Shown here: positions 55,324 through 64,000 of the stretch, one piece after another
Layout of the letters: each line of letters begins with the position of its first letter
Position numbering within the stretch: the stretch's first letter is position 1
Source: an uncultured delta proteobacterium
GTDB lineage: Bacteria; Desulfobacterota; Desulfuromonadia; Desulfuromonadales; JACZKF01
DNA length: 64,000 nucleotides
Direction: 5' to 3'
NCBI GenBank assembly: GCA_963816395.1
Contig: CAWFKQ010000002.1
Span: forward strand, 32,001-96,000
Translations under genes and position numbers: made by a program
The notes under the pieces: model-generated
Seen by the model: only the letters and a program-made list of their open reading frames with translations
The model's database searches: none
What the model was told of the DNA's origin: nothing

Positions 55324-55603
55324 ATGACCCTCCTTCCTGCGGCGCGCGAATAGACCGGGACCGGTCCTGACTTCGCGCTGCACCCATAATCCAATTGTAA
55401 GTGCTTTCCGCCGGGAGACAACCGGCAGCCTCTCTTTCATTTCCCCCACCCCCGTGCTAGAATCCCCTCCCTTATAGATTTACGTCATAAGTTTTTCCAG
55501 GCGTAGTGAAAATGACCAGATGCGGAATGCCCGAAATGCCGCAACCAGGATCCGGGCAATGGCGCAGATGGTGTTTTTCCTACGTCGGCCAAGGAGTGCC
55601 CTC

Positions 55604-57871
55604 ATGCCGTTAAACCCGGAGCAATTCGCGCGGGTCCTCGCCTGTCTGATCGAGGAGACCGCCCTGAAACCTTTCCAGGTGGAAAATACCGTCGCCCTGC
55701 TGAACGAGGGGGCCACCGTTCCCTTTATTGCCCGCTACCGCAAGGAGCACACCGGCGAACTGGACGAGGTCCAGGTTCGTTTGATCGAGGAGCGTCTCGG
55801 CTACTTCCGGGAGCTCGAAGAGCGCAAGGGCACTATCCTCAAGTCGATCGAAGAGCAGGGAAAGCTTACCGCCGAACTGCAGGCGCGCATCGAGGCCACC
55901 CGGCAGAAAACGGAACTGGAGGATCTCTATCTTCCCTACAAGCCGAAGCGCCGCACCAAGGCGACGATCGCGCGCGAGCGGGGGCTGGAGCCCCTGGCCG
56001 ATCTGATCGCTGCCCAGGCGCTGATCGCAGGCATGCCGGAGGACGCCGCCGGCGCCTTTATCGATCCGGAAAAAGAGGTTCCCGATGCCGCCGTCGCCCT
56101 CGAAGGGGCGGGGCATATTCTGGCCGAGCGCCTGGCCGAGGACGCCGACGCCCGGGCAATGGTGCGCCAGCTCACCTGGGAGCAGGGGATCTGCATCTCC
56201 CGGGTGGCCCCGGAACACGCCGGCAAGGTCAGCAAGTTCGAGATGTACTACGACTACCAGGAGCCGCTGAAGGCGATCCCTTCCCACCGCATGCTGGCCA
56301 TGCGCCGGGGGGAGAAGGAAGAGGTGCTCCGCCTGGCCATCCTCGCTCCCGAGGCGGAGATCCTGCCGCGCCTGAAGGGGCGGCTGCTGCGCGGCGAGAG
56401 CATTTTCCGGACGCTGCTGGAGCGGGTGGCGGAAGACGCCTATCGCCGCCTGATTGCCCCTTCCATCGAGGTGGAACTGCGCCTGGAGGCCAAGCGGCTG
56501 GCCGACGAGGCGGCTATCGGGGTTTTCGCCGGTAATCTGAAGAACCTGCTGCTGCTCCCCCCAGCCGGCGGCAAACGCGTGCTCGGCGTCGATCCCGGGC
56601 TGCGCACCGGTTCAAAGCTGGCGGTGGTGGACGGCACCGGGCGCTTCCTCGAGCATGCCACCATCTATCCGCATACCGGTGAGGCGAGGGTGGCGCCGGC
56701 CAGAAGAGACCTGCAGCGCCTGCTGCAGGGACACCAAGTGGAGATGATCGCCATCGGCAACGGCACCGCCGGCCGGGAAATGGAGCGCTTCGTCAAAGAC
56801 ACCCTGAAGGAGGCGGGCTGTAGCCTGCCGGTGGTCATGGTCAATGAGGCCGGGGCGAGCATCTATTCCGCCTCAGACATCGCCCGCGAGGAGTTTCCCG
56901 ACCTCGATCTCACGGTGCGCGGCGCCATTTCCATCGCCCGCCGCCTGCAGGATCCCCTGGCCGAGCTGGTGAAGATCGACCCGAAGAGCATCGGCGTCGG
57001 TCAGTATCAGCACGACGTCAACCAGCCGGCCCTGAAGAAGGCGCTGGATGCGGTGGTCGAATCGTGCGTCAACTTTGTCGGGGTAGACCTCAATACCGCC
57101 TCCTGGGCGCTGCTCGCCTACGTCTCCGGCATCGGCGAGTCCCTGGCCCGCGCCATCGTTCGCCACCGCGATACGCACGGGGCGTTCGTTTCCCGCCAGG
57201 CGCTGCTGCAGGTCACCCGCTTCGGCGCCAAGGCCTTCGAGCAGGCGGCCGGCTTCCTGCGCATCCGTAACGGGGTCGATCCCCTCGACAACACCGCCGT
57301 GCATCCCGAGCGCTACCCCCTGGTGGCACGCATGGCCGCCGATCTCGGCTGCTCGGTGGCCGAGTTGGCCGCCGACCCGCAGCGGGCGGGGCGCATCGAC
57401 CTGCAGCGCTACGTCTCGGGCGAAGTGGGGCTCCCCACCCTGCGCGATATCGTCGAGGAGCTGAAGAAGCCCGGCCGCGATCCCCGTGAACAGTTCCAGG
57501 CGGCCGTTTTTCGCGAGGATGTGCAGGAGATGGCCGATCTGCGCGAAGGGATGATTCTGCAGGGGACGGTGACCAACGTCACCGCCTTCGGCGCCTTCGT
57601 CGACATCGGCGTGCACCAGGACGGCCTGGTGCACGTCAGCCACCTGGCGCAGCGCTATGTACGCGACCCGCACCAGGCGGTCAAGGTGGGGCAGATCGTC
57701 AAGGTCAAGGTGCTGGCGGTCGATGTGGTGCGGCGGCGGATCTCCCTCTCCATCAAGGAGGCGGAACCGGTGGCGGAGAGCAGGGGTGCGCCTTCTCCGG
57801 CGCGGGAGAAGAAGCCGGCGAACACTGCCGATGCGTGGGAGCGGGCCGGCTTCCGGGTGAAGAAGAAATAG
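55604..57871 (+). CDS. tex: Tex family transcription accessory protein with S1 domain
   Basis: EGATVPFIARYRKE, LEDLYLPYK, DPLAELVKIDPKSIGVGQYQHD, FGAFVDIGVHQDGLVH. Confidence 0.94.
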   Translation: MPLNPEQFARVLACLIEETALKPFQVENTVALLNEGATVPFIARYRKEHTGELDEVQVRLIEERLGYFRELEERKGTILKSIEEQGKLTAELQARIEATRQKTELEDLYLPYKPKRRTKATIARERGLEPLADLIAAQALIAGMPEDAAGAFIDPEKEVPDAAVALEGAGHILAERLAEDADARAMVRQLTWEQGICISRVAPEHAGKVSKFEMYYDYQEPLKAIPSHRMLAMRRGEKEEVLRLAILAPEAEILPRLKGRLLRGESIFRTLLERVAEDAYRRLIAPSIEVELRLEAKRLADEAAIGVFAGNLKNLLLLPPAGGKRVLGVDPGLRTGSKLAVVDGTGRFLEHATIYPHTGEARVAPARRDLQRLLQGHQVEMIAIGNGTAGREMERFVKDTLKEAGCSLPVVMVNEAGASIYSASDIAREEFPDLDLTVRGAISIARRLQDPLAELVKIDPKSIGVGQYQHDVNQPALKKALDAVVESCVNFVGVDLNTASWALLAYVSGIGESLARAIVRHRDTHGAFVSRQALLQVTRFGAKAFEQAAGFLRIRNGVDPLDNTAVHPERYPLVARMAADLGCSVAELAADPQRAGRIDLQRYVSGEVGLPTLRDIVEELKKPGRDPREQFQAAVFREDVQEMADLREGMILQGTVTNVTAFGAFVDIGVHQDGLVHVSHLAQRYVRDPHQAVKVGQIVKVKVLAVDVVRRRISLSIKEAEPVAESRGAPSPAREKKPANTADAWERAGFRVKKK

Positions 57872-57914
57872 CCGCGGCAAACGAACAGTTCATCAACCAG
57901 TCGAGGAGGAGAAG

Positions 57915-58490
57915 ATGGCGCAACTGAGAGGTACCCGTACCGAGAAGAATATCCTCACTGCTTTTGCCGGCGAGAGTCAGGCGCGTAACCGCTACACCTA
58001 TTTCGCCGCCCAGGCGAAAAAGGAAGGGCTGGTGCAGATCTCCGCCATTTTCGAGGAGACCGCCGACCAGGAGCGGGAACATGCCAAGCGCCTGTTCAAG
58101 ATGCTGGAAGGGGGAGAAGTGGAAATCACCGCCAACTTCCCGGCCGGCAGGGTCGCCAGCACGGCGGAAAACCTGCGCGCCTCGGCCGGTGGCGAAAACC
58201 ACGAGCATACCGGCATGTACCCCGATTTCGCCGCCGTCGCCCGCGAGGAAGGCTTGCTCGATATCGCCGCTGTCTTCCTGGCCATCGCGGTGGCGGAGAA
58301 GCAGCACGAGAAACGCTTCCTGGCGCTGCTGTCCAACCTCGAATCCGGCCGGGTTTTCCGCCGCGAGCAACCGGTAACCTGGCAATGCCGCAACTGCGGT
58401 TATCTGCACCAGGGAACCGACGCGCCCGAGGTCTGTCCCGCCTGCGCCCATGCCCGGGCGCATTTTGAGCTGCTGAGCGAAAACTGGTAG
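57915..58490 (+). CDS. rbr: Rubrerythrin
   Basis: AFAGESQARNRY, EREH, ENHEH, EKQH, CRNCGY...CPAC. Confidence 0.93.
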   Translation: MAQLRGTRTEKNILTAFAGESQARNRYTYFAAQAKKEGLVQISAIFEETADQEREHAKRLFKMLEGGEVEITANFPAGRVASTAENLRASAGGENHEHTGMYPDFAAVAREEGLLDIAAVFLAIAVAEKQHEKRFLALLSNLESGRVFRREQPVTWQCRNCGYLHQGTDAPEVCPACAHARAHFELLSENW

Positions 58491-58536
58491 AAGGGCGCGG
58501 TGCCGGCCAGCGATGATCGCCTCTCGGGGTCCGGAA

Positions 58537-59439
58537 TCAGCGCCCTGCTTCGGTCAGCGCCTGGCGTATTGCGGAATCATAGGGGGTCAGGTCAAAGGGG
58601 ATGAGCTCGCGGATGCGATTCTCCCGGCAGATCGCCTCGTTGCGCAGCCCCTCGATCAGGGGCATGGCGATAGAGGGTTTGACCGGCGTCATCAGCCCGA
58701 CCCAGTAGGAGGAGAGCCGGGGAGTGAGGACGGGAAGCGGCAGATACAGGTTGACCTCGCCGGCGGCGGCGGCGAATCTTTCCATCATCTCCTTGTAGTT
58801 GAGGATCTCCGGGCCGCCGATATCGAAGACTTCGCCGGTGGTGCGCTCATCGAAGAGGCAGCCGACCAGGTAGCGGATGACATCGCCGATAGCGATCGGC
58901 TGGCAGCGGGTCTGCACCCAGCGCGGGACGATCATCAGCGGCAGGCGCCGAACCAGGGCCTGGATGATCTCGTAGCCGGCGCTCCCCGCGCCGATAATGA
59001 CGCCGGCTCGCAGCACGGTAACCGGGAATTTCGCCTGCCGCAGGATGCGGGCGACTTCCGCCCGGCTCGCCAGGTGTTCCGATAATTCTGCCCCCTCCTC
59101 CCCCAGCCCGCCGAGGTAGATGGCGCGCCGCAGGCCGGCTTTTTCGCCGGCAGCCACGAAGTTGCCTGCCGCCTGCCGATCGCGTTCGGCGAAAACGTTG
59201 CGCCCGGCACCCATGGAGTGAACCAGATAATAGGCGGTATCTATCCCCCGGAAGGCGTCCTCCAGGCTGGCGGGATCGAGCAGATCGCCGGCAACTCTCT
59301 CGACCCCGGGAGGAAGTTCGACGAGCAGTCGCCGGCACAGGCAGCGCACCTGCACGTTTTTTTCCAGCAGGGCGGGCAGCAATCGCCGGCCGATGAAGCC
59401 GGTGCCGCCGACCACGAGGATGTTTTTTTCTGTCGCCAT
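58537..59439 (-). CDS. Atypical SDR NAD(P)-binding protein (YbjT-like)
   Basis: GGTGFIG, AYYLVHSM, IYLGGLG, SEHLASR, QPIAI. Confidence 0.85.
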   Translation of the reverse strand: MATEKNILVVGGTGFIGRRLLPALLEKNVQVRCLCRRLLVELPPGVERVAGDLLDPASLEDAFRGIDTAYYLVHSMGAGRNVFAERDRQAAGNFVAAGEKAGLRRAIYLGGLGEEGAELSEHLASRAEVARILRQAKFPVTVLRAGVIIGAGSAGYEIIQALVRRLPLMIVPRWVQTRCQPIAIGDVIRYLVGCLFDERTTGEVFDIGGPEILNYKEMMERFAAAAGEVNLYLPLPVLTPRLSSYWVGLMTPVKPSIAMPLIEGLRNEAICRENRIRELIPFDLTPYDSAIRQALTEAGR

Positions 59440-59605
59440 TTCCCCCTTCCCGAAATCGGCCGAAGGTTTGCCAAGGCAATCACGCCGTGGCCGGAATCCG
59501 TTATCCATTGTATCGCGCCGCGGGCAATTGCAATTGCCGGAGGCGATTTCTGGACGCTTGTTGCTTCGGGAAAAAGACAGGGGAGGGCAGCGGGTAAGGA
59601 AGGGA

Positions 59606-60745
59606 TCAGCGGCCGGAAATGAACCGGCTGAGGCGCAGCAGCAGCCCCTGGCGGGTCTCCAGGGCGCCGCGCGGGCAGAGTTCCTGGCAGCAGAAGCAGC
59701 CGATGCAGCGCTGGTAATCGATGCGCAGCCGTTTGCCGTCGATGCTCATCCCCTGCGGCGGACAGTGCTCCACGCAGAGGCCGCAAAGTTCGCAGCGGTT
59801 CATCTCCGGCACCGGCCGGGCGGTGAGGGATTGTTTGAGCGGCCCGCCCAGGAAGCCGGGGAGGCCGAACCGGATATCGGTGCTCTTGGCCGGCCGGAAA
59901 CTGCGGGGGCGCAGTTCCCGCGGGTCGGCGCCGACAATCTCGATCTCCTCCGGGCGGCTTCCCGGCAACTGCATCTCTCTGGCCACCCGCTGGGTCCAGA
60001 CATTTTCCGGCCGCATTCCCAGCAGGTCGATGGCCGCGGTATCGACCGCCAGCGGTTCGGCCCCGGCCAGCAGGGCGCCGAGATGCACCGGATCGCCGCT
60101 GCCCGGACCGTTTCCCTCCATCGCCGTCACCGCGTCGACGATGGTCAGGGCGGGACGGATAAACTCGGCCATTTCCAGCAGCATCAGGGCAAAAAAGGCC
60201 TTGTCGGCCCCGGCCTGCAGGTGCAGCCGGGGTTTGCGCATGCCGACCACGGCGCCGAACAGGTTCTTCACTCCGCAGGTCAGTCCCATCATCTGGTGCG
60301 TCTTCAGCTTGGGGAGATTGATCACCACCTCGGCATCCAGCAGGTCGCGGGCGATCTCCAGCTCATGGAAGGTCTTGCCTTGCGGATGCACCCGCACCGA
60401 TTCGCTGAAAGGAGCGAAGGCGGCCCCGGTCTCCTCGATGACCGCCAGAATGCCGCAGCGCGCCGCGACCTGGCGGGGGGAGCCGACCCCCGGCGAATCC
60501 CCCACCGACACCACCCCGCCGGCCGCCTGCGCCAGGCGCACCACCGCCCGGACCACCTCCGGATGGGTGGTGACGGCCTTCTCCGGCGCCTTGCCGGCGA
60601 GCATGTTCGGCTTGACCAGGACCTTCTGCCCCGGGCGGACGAAAGCCGCCATGCCGCCCAGGGGCGCCAGCAGCCGTTCCAGGGCCGCCTCGATCGTCTG
60701 CCGGCGGTAGTCCGGCGCCGCCTGCAGGGAAACCCGTTGCGTCAT
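59606..60745 (-). CDS. DUF362 protein with C-terminal 2x[4Fe-4S]
   Basis: VLVKPN, TTHP, INLPKLKTH, KNLFG, CELCGLCVEHCP, CIGCFCCQELCP. Confidence 0.88.
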   Translation of the reverse strand: MTQRVSLQAAPDYRRQTIEAALERLLAPLGGMAAFVRPGQKVLVKPNMLAGKAPEKAVTTHPEVVRAVVRLAQAAGGVVSVGDSPGVGSPRQVAARCGILAVIEETGAAFAPFSESVRVHPQGKTFHELEIARDLLDAEVVINLPKLKTHQMMGLTCGVKNLFGAVVGMRKPRLHLQAGADKAFFALMLLEMAEFIRPALTIVDAVTAMEGNGPGSGDPVHLGALLAGAEPLAVDTAAIDLLGMRPENVWTQRVAREMQLPGSRPEEIEIVGADPRELRPRSFRPAKSTDIRFGLPGFLGGPLKQSLTARPVPEMNRCELCGLCVEHCPPQGMSIDGKRLRIDYQRCIGCFCCQELCPRGALETRQGLLLRLSRFISGR

Positions 60746-61137
60746 CGGCCGACCACCTGCAGCTGCAGGTGCCGGCGGCGCGGCCCGTCGAACTCGCAGA
60801 AATAGATCCCCTGCCAGGTGCCCAGAACCGGCGCGCCCTCCTCAACCAGCAGGGTTTCGCTCGCCCCGACCAGGGTGCTCTTGAGGTGGGCGGCGCTGTT
60901 CCCCTCCCCATGGCGGTAGTTGTCCTCAAAGGGAACGATCTTGTTCAGCTCCATGATGAGGTCCCGCACTACGTCCGGATCGGCGTTCTCATTGATGGTC
61001 ACCGCCGCCGTGGTATGCGGCACGAAAAGGACGGCGAGGCCGGAGCGGACGCCGCTCTGGCGGATGGCCTGGCGCACCTCGGCGGTGACGTCGATCAGCT
61101 CCACCTGCTGGCGGCTGCTGATTTCGATGGTGATCAT
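60742..61137 (-). CDS. YjbQ/UPF0047 family protein
   Basis: PHTTAAVTINENADPDV, HGEGNSAAHLKS, LGTWQGIYFCEFDG. Confidence 0.92.
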   Translation of the reverse strand: MITIEISSRQQVELIDVTAEVRQAIRQSGVRSGLAVLFVPHTTAAVTINENADPDVVRDLIMELNKIVPFEDNYRHGEGNSAAHLKSTLVGASETLLVEEGAPVLGTWQGIYFCEFDGPRRRHLQLQVVGR

Positions 61138-61968
61138 GGGGAATTCTCCGTCAGGGCCGCATGCAGGGAGGCGAAAGCGCGCGGATGGTAGAGCAGGGCG
61201 GTGTGGCCAAATCCGGAAAGCTCCACGTTCGCTGCCCCTTCCAGGCGCCCCGCGGTAAAGGGCAGGACAATATTCTCGTGCCGGCTGTAGATCGCGGTCA
61301 GCCGGACTCCGGCGGGCCGGGGCGCGGCCGCCAGCCGGCCCAGCAGTTCGGCGCCCGGCATGACGCCGGCGGCCAGAGGGGAGAGGGCGAAAGGCACCAT
61401 CTTCGACCCCTGGTTCGGCACGCCGAGCAGGATGCAGCGGTCGATTTTCCCGGCGCTATCTTGGAGTTGCAGGTAATTGCGGGCGACGATGCCGCCCATG
61501 GAATGGCACACCAGGTGGATCTTTTCCACCCCGGCGGCCTGGCGCAGCTGGTCGACTTTCGCCGGCCAGGCGCGCGCTCAGGTCCTCGATGCCCTGCCAG
61601 GGGGGGAGCGCCAGCACATACAGGTTTCGAAAACCGTGTCGGCGCAGCCGATGCATGGTCCAGAGCCAGCAGGCCGGCGACTGGAAAAGGCCGTGCAGGA
61701 AAAGGATGGGGGTGCCACTCTCCGCCGCCGGTGCTTTCTCCCGCCAGGCGAACCAGCCGAAGGGGTGCAGCAGAAAGCTCACAAAGACGACCAGGACTTC
61801 CGTGGCCACCAGCCGCCAGGCAAGGACAAAGGCATCGGCGGTGAAGCGGCTCGCCAGCAGGTGCGGCTCCCGGTTGGCGTTCTCGTACCAGGCGACGGCG
61901 AAAGTGAACTTGGCGAAGATCGCCGCCGCTCCCAGCAGCAGCGCTAAGATACCGAAAAATATATACAT
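61134..61968 (-). CDS. Membrane-anchored alpha/beta hydrolase (lipase/esterase-like), frameshifted near 61563
   Basis: PILFLHG, CHSMGG nucleophile elbow, GVPNQGS, GHTALL. Confidence 0.8.
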
Positions 61969-62026
61969 CGTTCCCCCAAGGCGAAGGGGCATTATGTCAC
62001 GGCGGCCGGTGCGGGTCAACCGCCTG

Positions 62027-62127
62027 CGACCCCCCCGCCCTTCGGGCACCCCCCCTGTTTCACAAGGGGGGCAGGGCAGTATCCCCCCTGCTTGCAGGGG
62101 GGAAGGCTCGCGCAGCGAGACAGGGGG
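62027..62127 (+). repeat. 101-bp REP-like multi-hairpin element
   Basis: Reverse complement of 63820-63920 with one mismatch. Confidence 0.9.
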
Positions 62128-62215
62128 GTGCTTTGTGATTGGTATTGACCCTCCCCGCCATCCATGGGAAGCTGATCCCCTATTGACCGCCATTCTTCCA
62201 GAGGTTGCGAGTGCC

Positions 62216-63115
62216 ATGCAGAGCCTGATCGCCCGCTTCGACCGTCATCTCGCCGTCGAGCGCAATGTCTCGGAGCATACCCGCCGCGCCTACCGCCAGG
62301 ATCTGGAAGAATTTTCCCGTTTTCTCGCGGAAAACCCGGCCACCAGAGAGCCTGGGGAAGCGGGGCTCGGGCGGGTCGACCGCCTGGTGCTGCGCCACTA
62401 TCTGGCGCTGCTGCACAGGACGAACCGCAAATCGACCATCGGCCGCAAGCTCTCCGCCCTGCGCACCTTCTTCCGCTTTCTCGTGCGGGAGGGCGTGCTG
62501 ACGGTCAGCCCCGGGGAGATGGTGGGGACGCCGCGGCAGGAGAAATATCTGCCGAAGACCTTGTCGGTGGATGAGGCGTTTGCGCTGATGGAGCACCAGG
62601 GCGGCGAAAATCTTCTCGCCCTGCGCGACCGGGCGATTCTGGAGACCCTCTATTCCTGCGGTCTGCGGGTGAGCGAGCTGACCGGACTGGACGTCGGCAG
62701 CGTCGACCTGCAGCAGGCCCTGGTGCGGGTGGTGGGAAAGGGGCGCAAGGAGCGTATCGTGCCGGTGGGGCGCAAGGCACGCGAGGCGCTGGGCCGTTAC
62801 CTGGAGGCGCGGGGGAATCCGGCCGACGGCGAAGCCCTGTTCCTCAATCACCGCGGCGGCCGTCTGACCGCGCGCAGCGTCGAGCGCCACCTGAAAACCC
62901 AGTTGCTGCAGGCCGGCATCCTCAAGGAAGCGACGCCGCACAGCCTGCGCCATTCCTTCGCGACCCACCTGCTCGACGGCGGCGCCGACCTGCGGGCCAT
63001 CCAGGAGCTGCTCGGCCACGCCTCTCTTTCCACCACCCAGAAATATACCCAGGTAAGCATCGATCAGCTGATGAAGGTGTACGACCAGGCGCATCCGCGC
63101 AGCCGGAAAAAATAA
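62216..63115 (+). CDS. xerC: Tyrosine recombinase XerC
   Basis: RDRAILETLYSCGLRVSEL, GKGRKER, HSLRHSFATHLL, LLGHASLSTTQKY. Confidence 0.9.
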   Translation: MQSLIARFDRHLAVERNVSEHTRRAYRQDLEEFSRFLAENPATREPGEAGLGRVDRLVLRHYLALLHRTNRKSTIGRKLSALRTFFRFLVREGVLTVSPGEMVGTPRQEKYLPKTLSVDEAFALMEHQGGENLLALRDRAILETLYSCGLRVSELTGLDVGSVDLQQALVRVVGKGRKERIVPVGRKAREALGRYLEARGNPADGEALFLNHRGGRLTARSVERHLKTQLLQAGILKEATPHSLRHSFATHLLDGGADLRAIQELLGHASLSTTQKYTQVSIDQLMKVYDQAHPRSRKK

Positions 63116-63196
63116 CGATAAAGGTCATCAATTCCTTGACAGACCTCCCCCCGGGATTAAGCTTTTAGCAATCAATTTTCCCAAGGAGGATACGCT

Positions 63197-63718
63197 ATGC
63201 TGCAGGTCGGTCAGCCAGCCCCCGATTTCACCATGGAGGGCGTCGTCGGCAAGGAATTCCGGGAGGTCAATCTATCGGATTACCGCGGAAAATGGGTGGT
63301 CCTGTTCTTCTATCCCCTCGATTTCACCTTCGTCTGCCCGACGGAGATCATCGGTTTCAACGAACATTACGAGGAATTCAAAAAGCACAACGCCGAAATC
63401 CTCGGCGCCAGCGTCGATTCCAAGTTTTCGCACCTGGCCTGGATCGGCAAGGAATTGGGGGACCTGCATTATCCTCTCCTCTCCGACATCACCAAGGAAA
63501 ACGCCCGCAACTACGGAATCCTCATTGAACATCAGGGGATCAGTCTGCGCGGCCTCTACATCATCGACCCGAATGGCATCCTGCGCTACGAACTGGTGCA
63601 TGACCTGGGAGTCGGCCGCAGTGTCGAGGAGACGCTGCGGGTCCTGGAAGCCCTGCAGACGGGGGAGCTCTGCCCGGTCAACTGGCGCAAGGGAACGAAA
63701 ACCCTGGGCAAGGCGTAG
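63197..63718 (+). CDS. 2-Cys peroxiredoxin (AhpC/Prx1)
   Basis: FFYPLDFTFVCPTE, GRSVEE, LCPVNW; upstream TTGACA-N16-TAAGCT. Confidence 0.93.
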   Translation: MLQVGQPAPDFTMEGVVGKEFREVNLSDYRGKWVVLFFYPLDFTFVCPTEIIGFNEHYEEFKKHNAEILGASVDSKFSHLAWIGKELGDLHYPLLSDITKENARNYGILIEHQGISLRGLYIIDPNGILRYELVHDLGVGRSVEETLRVLEALQTGELCPVNWRKGTKTLGKA

Positions 63719-63735
63719 ACGATCCGATTCCGGAG

Positions 63736-63768
63736 AAAAGAAGGCGGCCGAAGGTCGCCTTTTTCTTT
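63736..63768 (+). terminator. Terminator after the peroxiredoxin gene
   Basis: AAGGCGGCC-GAA-GGTCGCCTT-TTTCTTT. Confidence 0.7.
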
Positions 63769-63778
63769 GGTGCGTAAT

Positions 63779-64000
63779 CCCCCTGCTCGGCTGCGCGAGC
63801 CTTCTCCCCTGAAAGCAGACCCCCTGTCTCGCTGCGCGAGCCTTCCCCCCTGCAAGCAGGGGGGATACTGCCCTGCCCCCCTTGTGCAACAGGGGGGGTG
63901 CCCGAAGGGCGGGGGGGTCGGTTGCAAGCAGACCCCCAGTCTCGCTGCGCGAGCCTTCTTCCCTGCAAGCAGGGGGGATACTGCCTTGCCCCCCTTGTGA
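63779..64000 (-). repeat. Tandem array of the REP-like element (partial copy, full copy, copy cut by window end)
   Basis: Copies begin at 63779, 63820 and 63933; 113-bp period for the last two. Confidence 0.85.

Noticed and set aside
62216..63115. Tyrosine recombinase as a phage or island integrase
   Set aside because: Size and motifs fit chromosomal XerC; no att duplication or mobile cargo seen.
63779..64000. Repeat array as CRISPR
   Set aside because: Units are ~113 bp, have no unique spacers, and no cas genes are present.

Overview
GC-rich chromosomal segment of a Desulfuromonadales/Geobacterales-like bacterium (taxonomy inferred from gene content and order). Most of it is housekeeping: hpt, ade, purC, ppiD, mreBCD-mrdA-rodA, rarA, nadK, recN, secA, argJ, deoC/deoB, valS, ptsP, tex, rubrerythrin, xerC, a peroxiredoxin and tRNA-Ala(GGC). 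It also holds an AttEFGH-like ABC/lipocalin cluster, an Ig-repeat lipoprotein with a beta-barrel partner, c-di-GMP proteins, MucR and a RomR-like regulator. Many genes, including mreB and nadK, are split by single-base frameshifts (nearly all +1), best read as long-read consensus errors. The main finding is an apparently complete, unannotated regulatory module at 46.7-51.8 kb. A sigma54 activator with an [FeFe]-hydrogenase-like Fe-S sensor domain is followed by three TGTGCCA-N4-TGGCACA palindromes, and a fourth copy lies inside its own sigma70 promoter. Next come a consensus sigma54 promoter and a ~95-nt non-coding, terminator-ended RNA with an anti-Shine-Dalgarno-like loop, directly upstream of ptsP. 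Also notable are 101-bp REP-like inverted repeats bracketing xerC and the peroxiredoxin gene, and heptamer-repeat hairpin elements. No CRISPR array, transposase or prophage was seen.
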